From Gracilinanus agilis (taxonomy: Eukaryota): a stretch of DNA of 64,000 nt. Both the position numbers and the translations under genes were made by a program. The stretch covers positions 65,853,749 through 65,917,748 of the forward strand of contig NC_058133.1 of the NCBI RefSeq assembly GCF_016433145.1, given 5' to 3'. Below are positions 38,401 through 50,479 of this stretch, one piece after another; positions within the stretch are counted from its first letter, which is position 1; every line of letters starts with the position of its first letter. A model generated the notes under the pieces. The model worked only from the letters and a program-made list of their open reading frames with translations, was not told the origin of the DNA and ran no database searches.

Positions 38401-38799
38401 AGGATAATTAAAACAAGACCAAAACTCCAAGTCCATTTCTCAGAGTGCTAAGGGGAGTGGGAGAGGAAGGTGGTTCTCAGGACCTTCCTTCCCCAGCTTA
38501 CTACATGGTGAGTGAATGAATGAATCCTTCATCTCTAGATACACAGGGGGAAAAAAGCTGTACTTTAGTCAGGTAGATTTAAAGCAGCAGACAATTTTAG
38601 CTCATGGAAAGAGGGTTCTCACTCACATGGTAGGTTAACATTGAACTTCTAGAAGCAGGTCTCTAGGTATTGCCCCTGTGGGTGCCTTTGTTTTAGGTGA
38701 GCTAAGATTGCACTGAATGCCTACTGCATTATCAGGATCATATATGACTGGAAAAGAGGGGGTTAGGCACATAGCTTGGGGAAGGAATAAAGGAGAAAT

Positions 38800-39300
38800 C
38801 TACAAAATATTAAAATGACCTAGAAGACATGATTTATGATTTTTATACTATGCATAGAGAGGAGAAAGCATTAAGAACTGGTGGGAAAGAGAGAGTCTCA
38901 TGGAAGAAGTAGTCACTTAGGTGAGAGAGATGAGGTAGTATATATACTACATGCAAATGCCTGTTGGCAGGATATAAAACATTGAGTTTAGGGAACAGGA
39001 GATGGTCTGATTTGTCTATAAAACTTTTTGTAATGGGAAATAGGAATATGGAGATGCCCTTAATAGAGATAGAGAAGTCTGACAGAGAGATATATATGTG
39101 ACAGAAAATATTGAGTTCTTTATTGGTCATCCTTAGTTTGAGAGACCTACAAACATTCAGAATATATCTATCCAGGAAGTTGATGACAGGTGATTTGAGT
39201 TCAGCAGGGAACTTAGAGTTAGATATAATGATTCAGGAGCAGAATACTTAGGGAGACAGACTATTGGAACTTATTGGTGCTGATGAGATATCTAAAAAAG
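38800..39300 (-). mobile_element. L2 fragment
   Basis: Purine-rich L2-like DNA (ttggtcatccttagtttgagagaccta...gatgagat). Confidence 0.6.
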
Positions 39301-40412
39301 TTCAGAGACAGGTTCTTAACCTGGGGTCCACAGACAGATTTCAAGGGGTCTAAAGGTCCAACTAGATTCTGGATTATAACCTAGGTCCATGCTTTATTGT
39401 TGATAGATATACATAGTTTCTTTTCTTCAATTAGAAGTTTCATCAAAGCAAATAAATAAATAAATTCATTTCCATGACAACTGTCATGATACAAAAGCCA
39501 GTCATGTATAACAGATACCATTCTGGCTTTGTTTTTGTTTTTGTTTTTGTTTTACCAGTTGCTTGATCCATTTACAAAACAGAATCTTTTGAATCAAGAG
39601 TTTTAGCTGATTTCCATTTTTCCTATCTAAATGGAAGACCCCAATTGTTATCTTACATTCTCTAGAGAGTTAGTTACTCAAGTATAGTTTGATGTTTTAT
39701 AGTTCTCTACCAACTTTATATGATTTTTATACTTAGTAGTTGGTTCAAATGTCTTTTAAATGAAAGGAAGTGATTATAAGTTTCCTGTAAGTATAATGTA
39801 CTTACATTGCATATGAAATTATTGAGGACCAGCAGCTGGAGAAACAGTTCCAAACTGGTATCTGTTTTGATCAAAGCATACCGAGTCATGCAATTCTATT
39901 ATTTTAACACTTACATCATACATCTACTAGAAAACATGAATCCATGAGAATATGTTGAAAAGTCCATTGAAGCTCCCTGAAGCAAGCTCATTAGATTCCC
40001 TAAGGAATCAATAGAGGGAAGATTTTACCAGCCTCCCAAAATAACCAAAACAAGTCTTTTTATTTTAAAAAAATATTTCCTTTCTTATTATGATGAGCTG
40101 CAGGGTGTTTAAGATAATAAGAATAATATAATGTTTTAAAATAATAGAAACTACATTATATATATGTATATAATTCTTGTTGAACTTTTGTATTTTCTAA
40201 CAGTCTTACCATGCTGAAGTCTTTCTTGTGTACCTGTAGCATTTAACTAACACAAGTTTGGAATACCTGTTTTTCTTCACAAGTTTCATACCTATCTCTA
40301 ATCTCTTCTTTAATAATCATCACACAATTCTACTTTCATCAAGATTTTGTGTAATTTAATACCTATTAATTCAGAGTTTCTTCATTGAAGCTTTTCTTTT
40401 TGCTTTTCTTAG

Positions 40413-40464
40413 TGCCCAGCAAAGAAGCAGTCAGGTTCACAAGAAGAGTGCAGTTGGAAATCAG
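40413..40464 (+). CDS. DNM3: Dynamin-3 coding exon (52 nt, phase 2/0), (N)AQQRSSQVHKKSAVGNQ
   Basis: Acceptor cttttctttttgcttttcttag|T and donor CAG|gtagga. The first T completes the AAT codon split from the previous exon. Confidence 0.97.
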
Positions 40465-41291
40465 GTAGGAATTTTGTAAAAGAATTACTAACCGCATGCT
40501 TGAATGAACTGGAGGCAAATTGCTTTATTGACATTTTTTGGATGCAAATAATTTTATGCAAATTCTGCTTGACATGCAGCTTGTGTTTCACCTTTTAAGT
40601 TTGCAGAATGAAGTGCAGTTGTTTCATTAATTGTTTTGTGCTGCTAACAGATTGATTTCTTTTTAACAACTGCTATTTGCATAGCTTTTTGAGTTTTCAC
40701 TTCCCATCCTCTATGTACTATTTGACCTGCTTATGTTACCCTTAAATTTAATTTGGTGATCACTGAATCTATGAGTCAGTTAAAGGATAAAGTGCTGGTG
40801 AGTACTTGCATGGGCTTTCTGGTGCTGCAGACTAGTTCACACGTTTGCACAGCTTGGTAACAGTGAAGGGACAGCTCATAGAGGAAGGCTATTATTTGAT
40901 TTGCTCTTTGTCAGAATTTCTATTGGTTTTATGAAGATGTTAATTACAAAAATTGATTTGGTCTTTACAATATTCATTCTTTAGGCTGATTAGCTGTCTC
41001 TGACTAATAATAGCGCTTTGCAGAGATTGCATTAACAAAAAAGTTTGCTGTTTCTGTTATGTTTTGTGTGATAATGAATATTTGCATTGTTATTCCTTTT
41101 CAAGTCAAAACAATGAAGATTTTGTAACTAGTATAAATTTTCATGATACAGAGGAATGATTAATCAAACAAATGGGAACCTCTGTGACTAAATTTTATAA
41201 TTTTCATTGTTTTGGGGGGAGAAGGAATAGATGACAGATTTTTCTCTAGAAACTTTTTTCTTAACTAAAACACAATTCTTTGCTATTTCAG

Positions 41292-41321
41292 GGAACCAAT
41301 CTTCCGCCTTCAAGGCAAATT
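41292..41321 (+). CDS. DNM3: Dynamin-3 alternative 30-nt exon, GTNLPPSRQI (10-aa insert before the PH domain)
   Basis: Acceptor aattctttgctatttcag|GGA and weak donor ATT|gtacga. Frame-preserving, and the peptide is the known dynamin-3 10-aa splice insert. Confidence 0.94.
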
Positions 41322-43160
41322 GTACGAGCTAAGTTCTGTAAGCTTTACTGTTGCTTTTTCATTCAGCTTCCCCAAGTAAAGTTTGTCTTTAACTAATTAA
41401 CTCAACTAGCTGCTACTAATTGTTTTTAAACCTAAGCTGTCTAATCTTTAACATTCTCTCACTGAAATGAAAACCTCAAGAAGGTTCATCCCTTCACTGC
41501 TAATAACTTGCTGTGATTAAAAAGTATGAACTAGTATAATGTAAGATGCTATATTATTATGCCATTAACACTATGGATGCTTTGATATTCCTCTAATTGT
41601 CATGGGTCTTATAATCATTAAAATCACTAATTGTCTAAAGCCTCTATCCTTTCATGTTGTATTTTTTCTAAGGCATAAGTTTCCCCACACCTTATTTGTG
41701 ATATTTCCGATGAATATAATCTATGTTTCTTGGAAAGGTGGACAAATTTACTAGGACCTGATTTTCTCATATATTATTGGCACAATTACCCAGTTTAACT
41801 AAAGCTTATAAAAATAAACAGCTAAAAACAATGTTAAACTGGGTGACATTTCCCGTGAGTTAAGATCTAATCCTTTTAAAGATAGATATAGGGAAAGAGT
41901 CTTGACTTCTGAGTTCTTTGGCATAGGAAAAGCTGGAGAACTAATATTCTGTCTGGTATGCAGAAAGATGCAGAAAGATGCTACGTGACATTTTCCTTGG
42001 CACAGGCAGAAGGAATTCTGCTGTTTTTTTTCCTTTTACACCATTAAAATCTAATTTTAATAGTTATACAGCCAAACCTAAAGATGGAATGAAAGTCTCA
42101 CTTCCCATTAAAGTATGTGTACATATTATTTGAGAACAATCTGAACTTGTTCCTCATCAATTCTATATTACTTAATGAAGCTTTTGCAGGAAAAATCTAG
42201 GTATGCTAACATTATTAAAAAGAATAAAAAATGAAAATCTATAGCAAACTATTCTGATGAGATCAATATGCAAATCCAGATTTTTTTTCTCTATGCAAAA
42301 ACCTCATTAGTGTTCATCCAACAAATGATAAACGTTAAGTATTTAGGATTAACAGATGTGATAGGAATTATGCTAGTTAGGGGCTGGGGGTACAGAAACA
42401 AAACCAAAACAGCACCTGCTTTCAGTGAATTTACATTCTACAATATGAATTGGCATCCCTCTTTCCTAACTTTAAAAATTCTCTCTAGCCCATAAACACA
42501 TAGACATGCGTTAGAGTATGTGATATCTTTTCTGCATCGATTTAATCAGTATTGAGAGTGAATGAAACATCACGTGCAATTGCATAACAATGAGGAATAT
42601 CAAAATCATCCCTGACTTTTGGCTAGTGTATTGCCACCTTTTAAAGAAGCTCTAAGCATCCTGAAAGAAGGAACCAGAGTGATCCTGTTTAAAGCCACAT
42701 GTTCCAGCATCCCCAGCATGCCATTATACAGGTCAATGGTGCAAGTATTCCTTTGGATTCCTTTTTTTCCTGGCTTGACCGGAATGTGCTTTAAATAATG
42801 AAATGAAACATTATTATTTATTTATGAATCTGGATGTTTGTATTTGTGCCACATGAGTATGACCAATTACTCTGATGAGGTATTATGAGCTTTCTATTTT
42901 CGTCTATTAACTTCTCTTCTCACACTTCATCTTTGGTCTTTAATGCTGTCGTCTGAGGTTTTGACCTGACTTGGAAAGGTTTCTTTTTAAGCCACAGGTT
43001 AGTCTTATCTTCTAATGTTCTTGAAATAACCAAAGCAACCTTTTATTCAGTGGCTTAGTTAGCAATTTTGCCAAGTGGAACAAGCTACGCAAAACATATC
43101 CGGGATAAACAGCGTGGAAAGTATTTCCAAATTAACTTGAAACAATGCTCAATATTCAAT

Positions 43161-43295
43161 CCAAGGTAGAAGAGTGGTAAGGGCTAGGTAATGGGGGTTA
43201 AGTGACTTGCCCAGGGTCACACAGCTAAGCAATATATGAGTTTGGATTTGAACCCAGGACCTCCTCCTCTCTAGGCAGCTACCCAGATGCCCCCC
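43161..43295 (-). mobile_element. SINE1-like SINE with internal deletion
   Basis: ccaaggtagaagagtggtaagggctagg...gatttgaacccaggacctcc...gctacccagatgccccc. Confidence 0.85.
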
Positions 43296-43784
43296 GAATT
43301 AACTTTTGAAGACAAATTAAGTTAGAGGGAAGACCCTTCAACATAAAGCTTCATTGGGAAAAAAACATTGCATGACATCATGAAACGGCTGCTAGGGAGG
43401 AACAGGGTTGGCAGGGCTCAGGAGATTTCTCCAGTGAAATGGCCTTGGGAGTGGGTGACCATTTGGATTAGGGCCATCCAGGAACTTCCTATTTTAAATA
43501 ATTATCCTGATAACTATAGCTAAATTCAATTGTTTCTCCTGCTGTTGAAAGAATGTAAGTAATCTACAGCATTTTCAGACAGTAGTAAAGTCCAGCACTC
43601 TTTCTGACTCAGCCTTTGTTTTATACAATAATTTCAACTAGTAAGAAGGGGATCCTGAAGGATCATCATTTCTTAATTCTTCATTGCTTTGTAAAATTTA
43701 TATTTTTATTGATAAATTTTTGTAACGTTAAATATTTTTGCTAGTGTCTTATAGAGTTTGACTGGTGGCAAGCATCTCATTTTG

Positions 43785-44015
43785 GGTAACCAGGTAGCAC
43801 AATGGATAAAATCCCAGGCTTGGAGTCAGAAAGACTTGAGCTCAAGTCCAGACTACACTTAGGTGCTTTGTGACCCTAGGCAAGTCACTTAACCCCATCT
43901 ATCTCAGTTCCTCATCTGTAAAATGAACTGGAGAAGGAAATGGCAAACCACTCAGTATCTTTGCCAAGAAAACCCCAAATGAAGGCATGAAGAATTAAAC
44001 AGAAATGAACAACAA
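43785..44015 (+). mobile_element. MAR1-type SINE
   Basis: CORE plus ggagaaggaaatggcaaaccactcagtatctttgccaagaaaaccccaaat tail. Confidence 0.88.
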
Positions 44016-46129
44016 GCACCTCATGATTCATTCTCTTATTAGAGCCATTTATCTAATAAACTATGCAAAAATTATTTACATAATCACCTGTGTATTATAA
44101 AGTGACTTTTCTAATGAACATTGAAGTTATTCTAATTTTCTAACGAATGAACATTATCATCACATTGGCAGCCAGTCAAAGGGTCAGCTAGCATTATTAA
44201 GTTCTCATCTGTCAGACACTGTGCCATGCGCTAGGGATACAGAAAAAAAGACCAAAATGATCCCTTCTCTCAGGAAGCTTCCAATCTGGAAGGAAAGGGG
44301 TGGAGAAACCATGCAAACAACTATCTACAAACAAACATTTAAATTGGGAGGGGAAGGAGAAAGAAGCTCCCATTCTCTCCATCCTCCTAGGTCTCCCATG
44401 CAGTTCCCCCACATGGGCTTGGACTGCTGGAACTGGCCAAAACCTCAATCTCCTTTATGATAACAAATACTTGAATGCATGAGTTTTGAGCTAATTTTCC
44501 AATGGAGCATATATTTGTTTAATGCCATTGATTGATCCAACAAAGATAGTCATATCTGATAAAGGAATGAGGATTGGAGAATTTTGTTAGTTATTTAAAG
44601 TAGAAGAAGAGGATTGATTTTACCAAATGACCCCCCCAATATTCTTATTAGTAGTACTATGATATTCAATAACCAAATAACATGAAAATAATATTTCTTC
44701 TTATCTTTTGGTATATGGTAAAATCTACTCTACTCATTTTTTTCTTTGACTCTCCAATGATTACTTGTGAGTCATTCTTACTTTTACCTGCAACTTCCTT
44801 CTTTCTTTTGCTTTAATTTAAAGCAAGAATGTCAAGATGGGTTTGATTCACTTTCTCCAGCAATATGTCCATTCACTGGTAATTGAAAAAGAATCTTAGT
44901 CTGTGCCTTATTTACATTGTTTGAAGTGGATGGTGTGGACCCCTCCATACACAATAATTTGGAGCCTGATAGCCTGAAATAGCATATTCAACCAAGGGGA
45001 ATCAGAAGTCCGAATGAAATTAGATATTGCAAGAGGTGGCGGTGAAAAGGAATTCTAGGTTTGGTCCCATCAGTGACTTTTAACTGTAACCTATTTTTCC
45101 TGAAGAGATTGTAAGCTCCAAGAGGATAAATTCTGAATCCTCTCTTTTCCTGGGTCTGACCATCTGGATTGTTACCTACTTTCTAAAATACTCCTCCCTG
45201 ATTAAGATGCCGTGTTGCTGAGCATTCCACTAATGATGGTCTGAATATATTAATCGTGAATAGTTTATCTTCCTTAATGAGAACATCTGTTCCCCAAATC
45301 AGAGCTCCTGTCAGAAATGAGAATTCAAAACAATATATGTTGTTGGTCAGAGGGAAGCTGGGACAGTTGGGTCAGGTCTGGGTCCTTGGTTGTAGTTCCA
45401 ATGTTTCTGCTATGTCTTACTGAGGAAGACCAGAGGGGAAAATGGAGGTTAGTAGACTAGAACCATTTCACGGGGCTTGTGTACTTGATGGTAACTTTAC
45501 CTGACAGAGTCATTTTGGAGATAATTTGGAAGCATGGATCATGGACTAAAAGAAAGCCTTCCATCAATAATAAAGTGGTTTATGTTTGGCATTGTAGGGT
45601 TTAGTCCCATTGGATCTTGGCAGTTAAGATAATGAAATTGGAATAAGGAAGGGAGGACCTGAGGTAGATACAGTGGTCAAGCTTAGGCTTATCAATTTTT
45701 AGAAAAATTCACATATTGTCAGATTCAGTGCCAATGGAGAACTCAGGGCTGAAACTGTATTTTCAGCTGAAGTAATAGAAGAAGAGAATGAAAAGAGGGG
45801 GTGGAGAGTGAGATTTAGTTACCTCAGTGCTGCTAAGCCTAATTTGGAACCTAGGACTGATAGATGTCCCTGTAGTCAGAGAGTTCAGATAAAAAAGTGT
45901 CTATAGGCTATAATAGGCATCCAAAGAGAGACATCCTGAAAGCTTTGGTTCTCTGCTACTCATAGCATAGGGAATTATAACCCTCTGCTACATGACCTTG
46001 GTTTCGAAACTGTCTGTATCTAAAATTTGATGGACTATCATTGAGCTTGGGATCAACCTTGAGTCACTCCTAATACCTGCTGTCTTACTTCTCTAGGCAA
46101 GTTCTGCTGAATAAAGCTAGAAAATATTA

Positions 46130-47640
46130 TAATGATATCTTGGCTGATTCTACTACAAATTTAGCTTACATAAACTCATCTGTGCCCTCATTGTACAGGG
46201 CAATCCTTTTATACCTTTCTTAATTAATTTACTATTCCAGTCACCACAACAGTTCTTTCAAACTCTGCATCCCTCTTCAAATCTCCTATAACTCTTCCTC
46301 CTCAAAGCCTCTCAGCTGAGAGTCTTTCCCAATATTTTTATTGAAAACAATGAAGCTACTTCATGAAAGGTCACTCTTTTTTTAAACATTTATTAATATT
46401 TATTTTTAACATGGTTACATGATTAAGGTCACTCTTTTTAATCTCACATCACTCAAATGTCTTCTGCCAGCAGTCAATAAACATTTTTAAGCACCTTGCT
46501 AATGGCTATGGATATAGATATAAGAAGTAATGATAGTAAAGTTCAAAGGGCTTACAATCTAATAGGAGAAGATAACCCCATAAAAGAAATAGAAAAGGAA
46601 GTCCCAAAGCCCTCATTTAAAGAGGGCTTCCAGGCCAACTGTCTTTTCATTTCACTCCTGGCTGTACTTTTTTGGACTTACTTTAATCCTGTGCCTTCAT
46701 TCAGCCCAAACTGCTCTCCCTGAAGTTACTAATTATTACTAAATTGAATAGTCTTTTCTCAATTCTCATCTTTCTTGACCTCTGCAGCCTTTGACACTGT
46801 ACATCAGCCTTTTTTCCTCCTTGTTATTCTCTTCTTGATTTTCATGAGATTCCTCTCTCTTGGGTTTTCTCCTAATCTGAACTCATCTTTCCCTTCAAAC
46901 TCTCCTCTCTTCCTAACTTATCTATTACTATTTTCAATACTTCCATCATTCTAGTCATCTAAACCTATGTGTCAGTCTTAATTCCTCACTCTCTGTCACT
47001 TCTCATATCCAAGCAGTTGCCAAGGACAGTTGATTTTACCTTTTTCATCTCTCACATATAGACCCTTCTTTCCTCTAACATTGTTGGCATCTTAGTGTAG
47101 ACCCTCATCACTGCCCATCTAAACTATTGCAACAGTCTGCTGGTTGGTCTGGATGCCATAAATGCCTGCCATCCTCTGTCCATCCTTTGCTCAGTTATCA
47201 AAGTGATCTAGCACCTCCAGTATCAGGTACAAAATTCTCCATTGAGTGTTTGTTCCCTTTTACCTTTCCAGTCTTCTTATACTTTATCCTCTTACCCTTG
47301 TCCCCATATCCTCTGTGTTCTAGTGCCAGTGGCCTACTTGTTGTTTCTCAAATAAGATACTCCATCTCCCAATTGTGGGCCTTTTTAATGGATGTCTTCC
47401 ATTATCATAATGTTCTCTCTCCTCATTTATGCCTCCTGGTCTCAGCTAAAAATCTTACCTTTTACAGGAAACCTTCCCTAATTCCCCTTAATTCTACAGT
47501 CATTTGTATATTGTCTTCTCTAGTAGACTTTGAGCTGCTTAAGGGCAGTGACTATCTTTTATTTTTCTTTGTATCCCTAGCACTTTGTATAATGCCTAGC
47601 ACAAAGCAGGTACTTAATAAATATTTGTTGACAGACAGAC
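46130..47640 (+). mobile_element. Long L2 relic, with a short antisense L2 piece at about 46470-46640
   Basis: C/T-rich L2 ORF2-like DNA ending in tagactttgagctgcttaagggcagtgac...gtatccctagcac...tgcctagcacaaagcaggtacttaataaat. Confidence 0.8.
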
Positions 47641-49383
47641 TACAAGGAAAATAAAGGTAAGGAGTAGAAAAAGGGGACGGAAATGCCTCAATTTTATCCA
47701 TAAGGAAATTGTTATCATTTGGGAGTAAGATGGGGAAGGTAGAAAGAAGAAATCTTATAGCATTTTCTAAGTGCTGGAATTGGCAGCATGAAATTTTGTG
47801 AAAACTTATATACTTGACTGTCCCAAAATTACTCAGTCACCTGAAGGATATGAACCAAGATACTTTGTAGCCTTATATATTTGATCCCCACTTCATGATT
47901 GCCAGGTATCTCATTATCCTGGAACTTGCTTTGGTTGATATGTTTTTGGATAGTTTTACTTTTTGGAGTATCTTTATATAGATAGAAGTCTCAGGCAATA
48001 TATGTCCTATGATCATATTGGAAGAATTTGGAAATGATACTTTTCAAGCCTGAAGGCTATTTTCTTTGATCTACCCAGAAATTTGATATTTCCATCATCC
48101 TGAAGCCAAGAGACATACAAAAAACTTGAGGAAACTCTTCTTGACATATAGTTGGACTGGGCAAGAACTTTAACTTGGACTTGGATTATACCACGGATAT
48201 TTTCCAAAGGATATTTATGAAGGAACGTACTATAAAAACGGCTATAGGAAAATCAAGAAAACACATATGAGTTTTCTTCAACCTAAGTGATTTTTATTGA
48301 ATCCAAGGGTGGAAAATATGTTTCCACATGGCTTTGAATATTATAATATGTTGACTCAGTAACTATTTTTAGTTCTAAGTTGGATTCCTCAACTCAATAA
48401 AACTTTTTCCATTTACATTTCTTTCACCAGACTGGTATGTATACATTTACAAAATAAAACATAGAGGCATAAGAGTATAATCAGAGCCATAGCTAGAATT
48501 TTTTTTTCCATGCAGGATGAAAGCAGGTAAGGAGATAGAGAAGTGGCACAGTAACCATGGGTACATTTATGCCTAAATAGTGGGTCAACCCTAGAAGGAG
48601 TATCATGGTAACAAGATCATAGGGGTTAAAGCTGGGGTTTGATAGGACCTGGACCAGTGGTGGACTACAGGGATGGTGGTGAAACATAGGGTTACTAGTT
48701 GCTGAAAAGAGGATTGTACATTCCACCTACTCCACGTTGTGGAGTAGAAATGCCCCATCCTCCTTATATTTTCTCCTTGAGGCAAAGTCCCATGTGTCTT
48801 ATGCTAGTTATGACTCTATATGAATTATTTACATTACATACTAGGTAACAAATCAGCAGAATGACTTGAGTTTCCAATATGCTAATATTTATATGAGGAG
48901 TAGTGAAAAAAATAGAAAAACTATTCCTTCTATAGAAATATACATCTAAATTCTTCTAAAATAGATATGAGATAACTAAAAGTCTAATTATTAATTTAAG
49001 TTGAAATCTGTCACTTCATTGATTTACATTTTATATTTTCTAGTAACATTGTGATTGTCATCTTTATTAGAGATTATGCTAGATCAAGTTGTCATGTATT
49101 AGCCTGCTTTAGTCTTAAAGAAGTAGCAGCAACTCTCTTTAATTTGCCCGCTGACTTTTTTTTCGTTAGGTAGTTACAGAGAAATGATCACAGCTATAAA
49201 ACAACACAATTTGCATTGTGCTTATACAGTCAATAATGATAGTACACATTCCTGGAGAGTAGATTTTATGGAATATTTTTGTTCATTTATGACTTCAACT
49301 TTTAGATGGGAGATATGTTCCCAAAGGGAAAAAAGAAGTTCCCAAATTGAAAACCAACGACAATGTAAAAAGTTAAAGAAAAT

Positions 49384-49583
49384 GGGGCATCTGGGTGGCT
49401 CAGTGGATTGAGAGCCAGACCTAGAGATGGGAGGTCCTAGGTTTAAATCTGGCCTCAGACACTTCCTAGCTGTGTGACCCTGGGCAAGTCATTTAAGCCC
49501 CATTGCCTAGCCCTTACCACTCTTCTACCTTGGAGCCAATACACAGTATTGACTCCAAGATGGAAGGTAAGGGTTAAAAAAAA
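49384..49583 (+). mobile_element. SINE1_Mdo-type SINE (long-tail subfamily)
   Basis: Full length, degenerate TSD. Confidence 0.93.
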
Positions 49584-49629
49584 CTTAAGGAAAAAACTTA
49601 AAATGTCAGCGTTAAAAGAAAATTAAATC

Positions 49630-49815
49630 GGGGGCAGCTGGGTAGCTCAGTGGATTGAGAGCCAGGCCTAGAGACGGGAGGTCCTAGGTTCAAATCCGGC
49701 CTCAGACACTTCCCAGCTGTGTGACCCTGGGCAAGTCACTGACCCCCATTGCCTACCCTTACCAATCTTCCACCTATAAGTCAATACACAGAAGTTAAGG
49801 GTTTAAAATAAAAAA
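49630..49815 (+). mobile_element. Young SINE1_Mdo-type SINE with perfect 16-bp TSD
   Basis: TSD aaaagaaaattaaatc at 49614-49629 and 49816-49831. Intact A box (tagctcagtgg), B box (ggttcaaatcc) and CpGs. Confidence 0.96.
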
Positions 49816-50479
49816 AAAAGAAAATTAAATCAATTTAATTGACATTTGTCAAGAACTTTTGATGTCTATGCACTATGCTAGGTATCAGTCAATAAAGATA
49901 AAAAATATCTTATGCTATCAATCTATTGGAATCAAGTATAAAATGGGAGTAGTGCCTGAACTATCTACTTCTTAGGGTTGCTGTAAGAGTAAGATGAAAA
50001 TAACATGTAAATAACATGTATCTTAAAGTACTATACAAATGTCACACCCCCCATCTTAAGTGATAACTGAAGTAGTATGGAATTAAGAAGTAGCTAACAA
50101 TTTTATGTGAATATTGAAAATAATAAGGTCGAAATGATTTAATTAAGCATTTACTAGGTGAGAGGTACTGTACTAAGTGCCTCAGAATGGGACCTGGAAT
50201 TAAGCTTGAAAGTTCATCATGTATACATTTTGTCCTTTTTGCCAAAGTCCTTTGCACAATTTTTTAAGAGAAGCTAGGGGAAAAAATCATATAATTCTGT
50301 GATGGGGCTAAGGCTATGACTCAGGACTCTGGATTCCCTGTTTCCTGAAAAACACTTAAATTAAATGAACTTTTATTAAGTTCTTCCTATGTACTGGACA
50401 CTTTGATAAGTACTGGGGATGAAAAGGCAAAAAAATAGTCCTGCTTTAAGAAACTTAAATCTGCCATTAACTTTTTGTT

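Noticed and set aside
47127-47654. 175-aa hydrophobic ORF
   Set aside because: Lies wholly within a decayed L2; pyrimidine-rich DNA yields such ORFs by chance.
47800-48250. Unique segment with short ORFs, considered as a decayed pseudogene or transposase
   Set aside because: No recognisable motif in any frame I translated; left unannotated.
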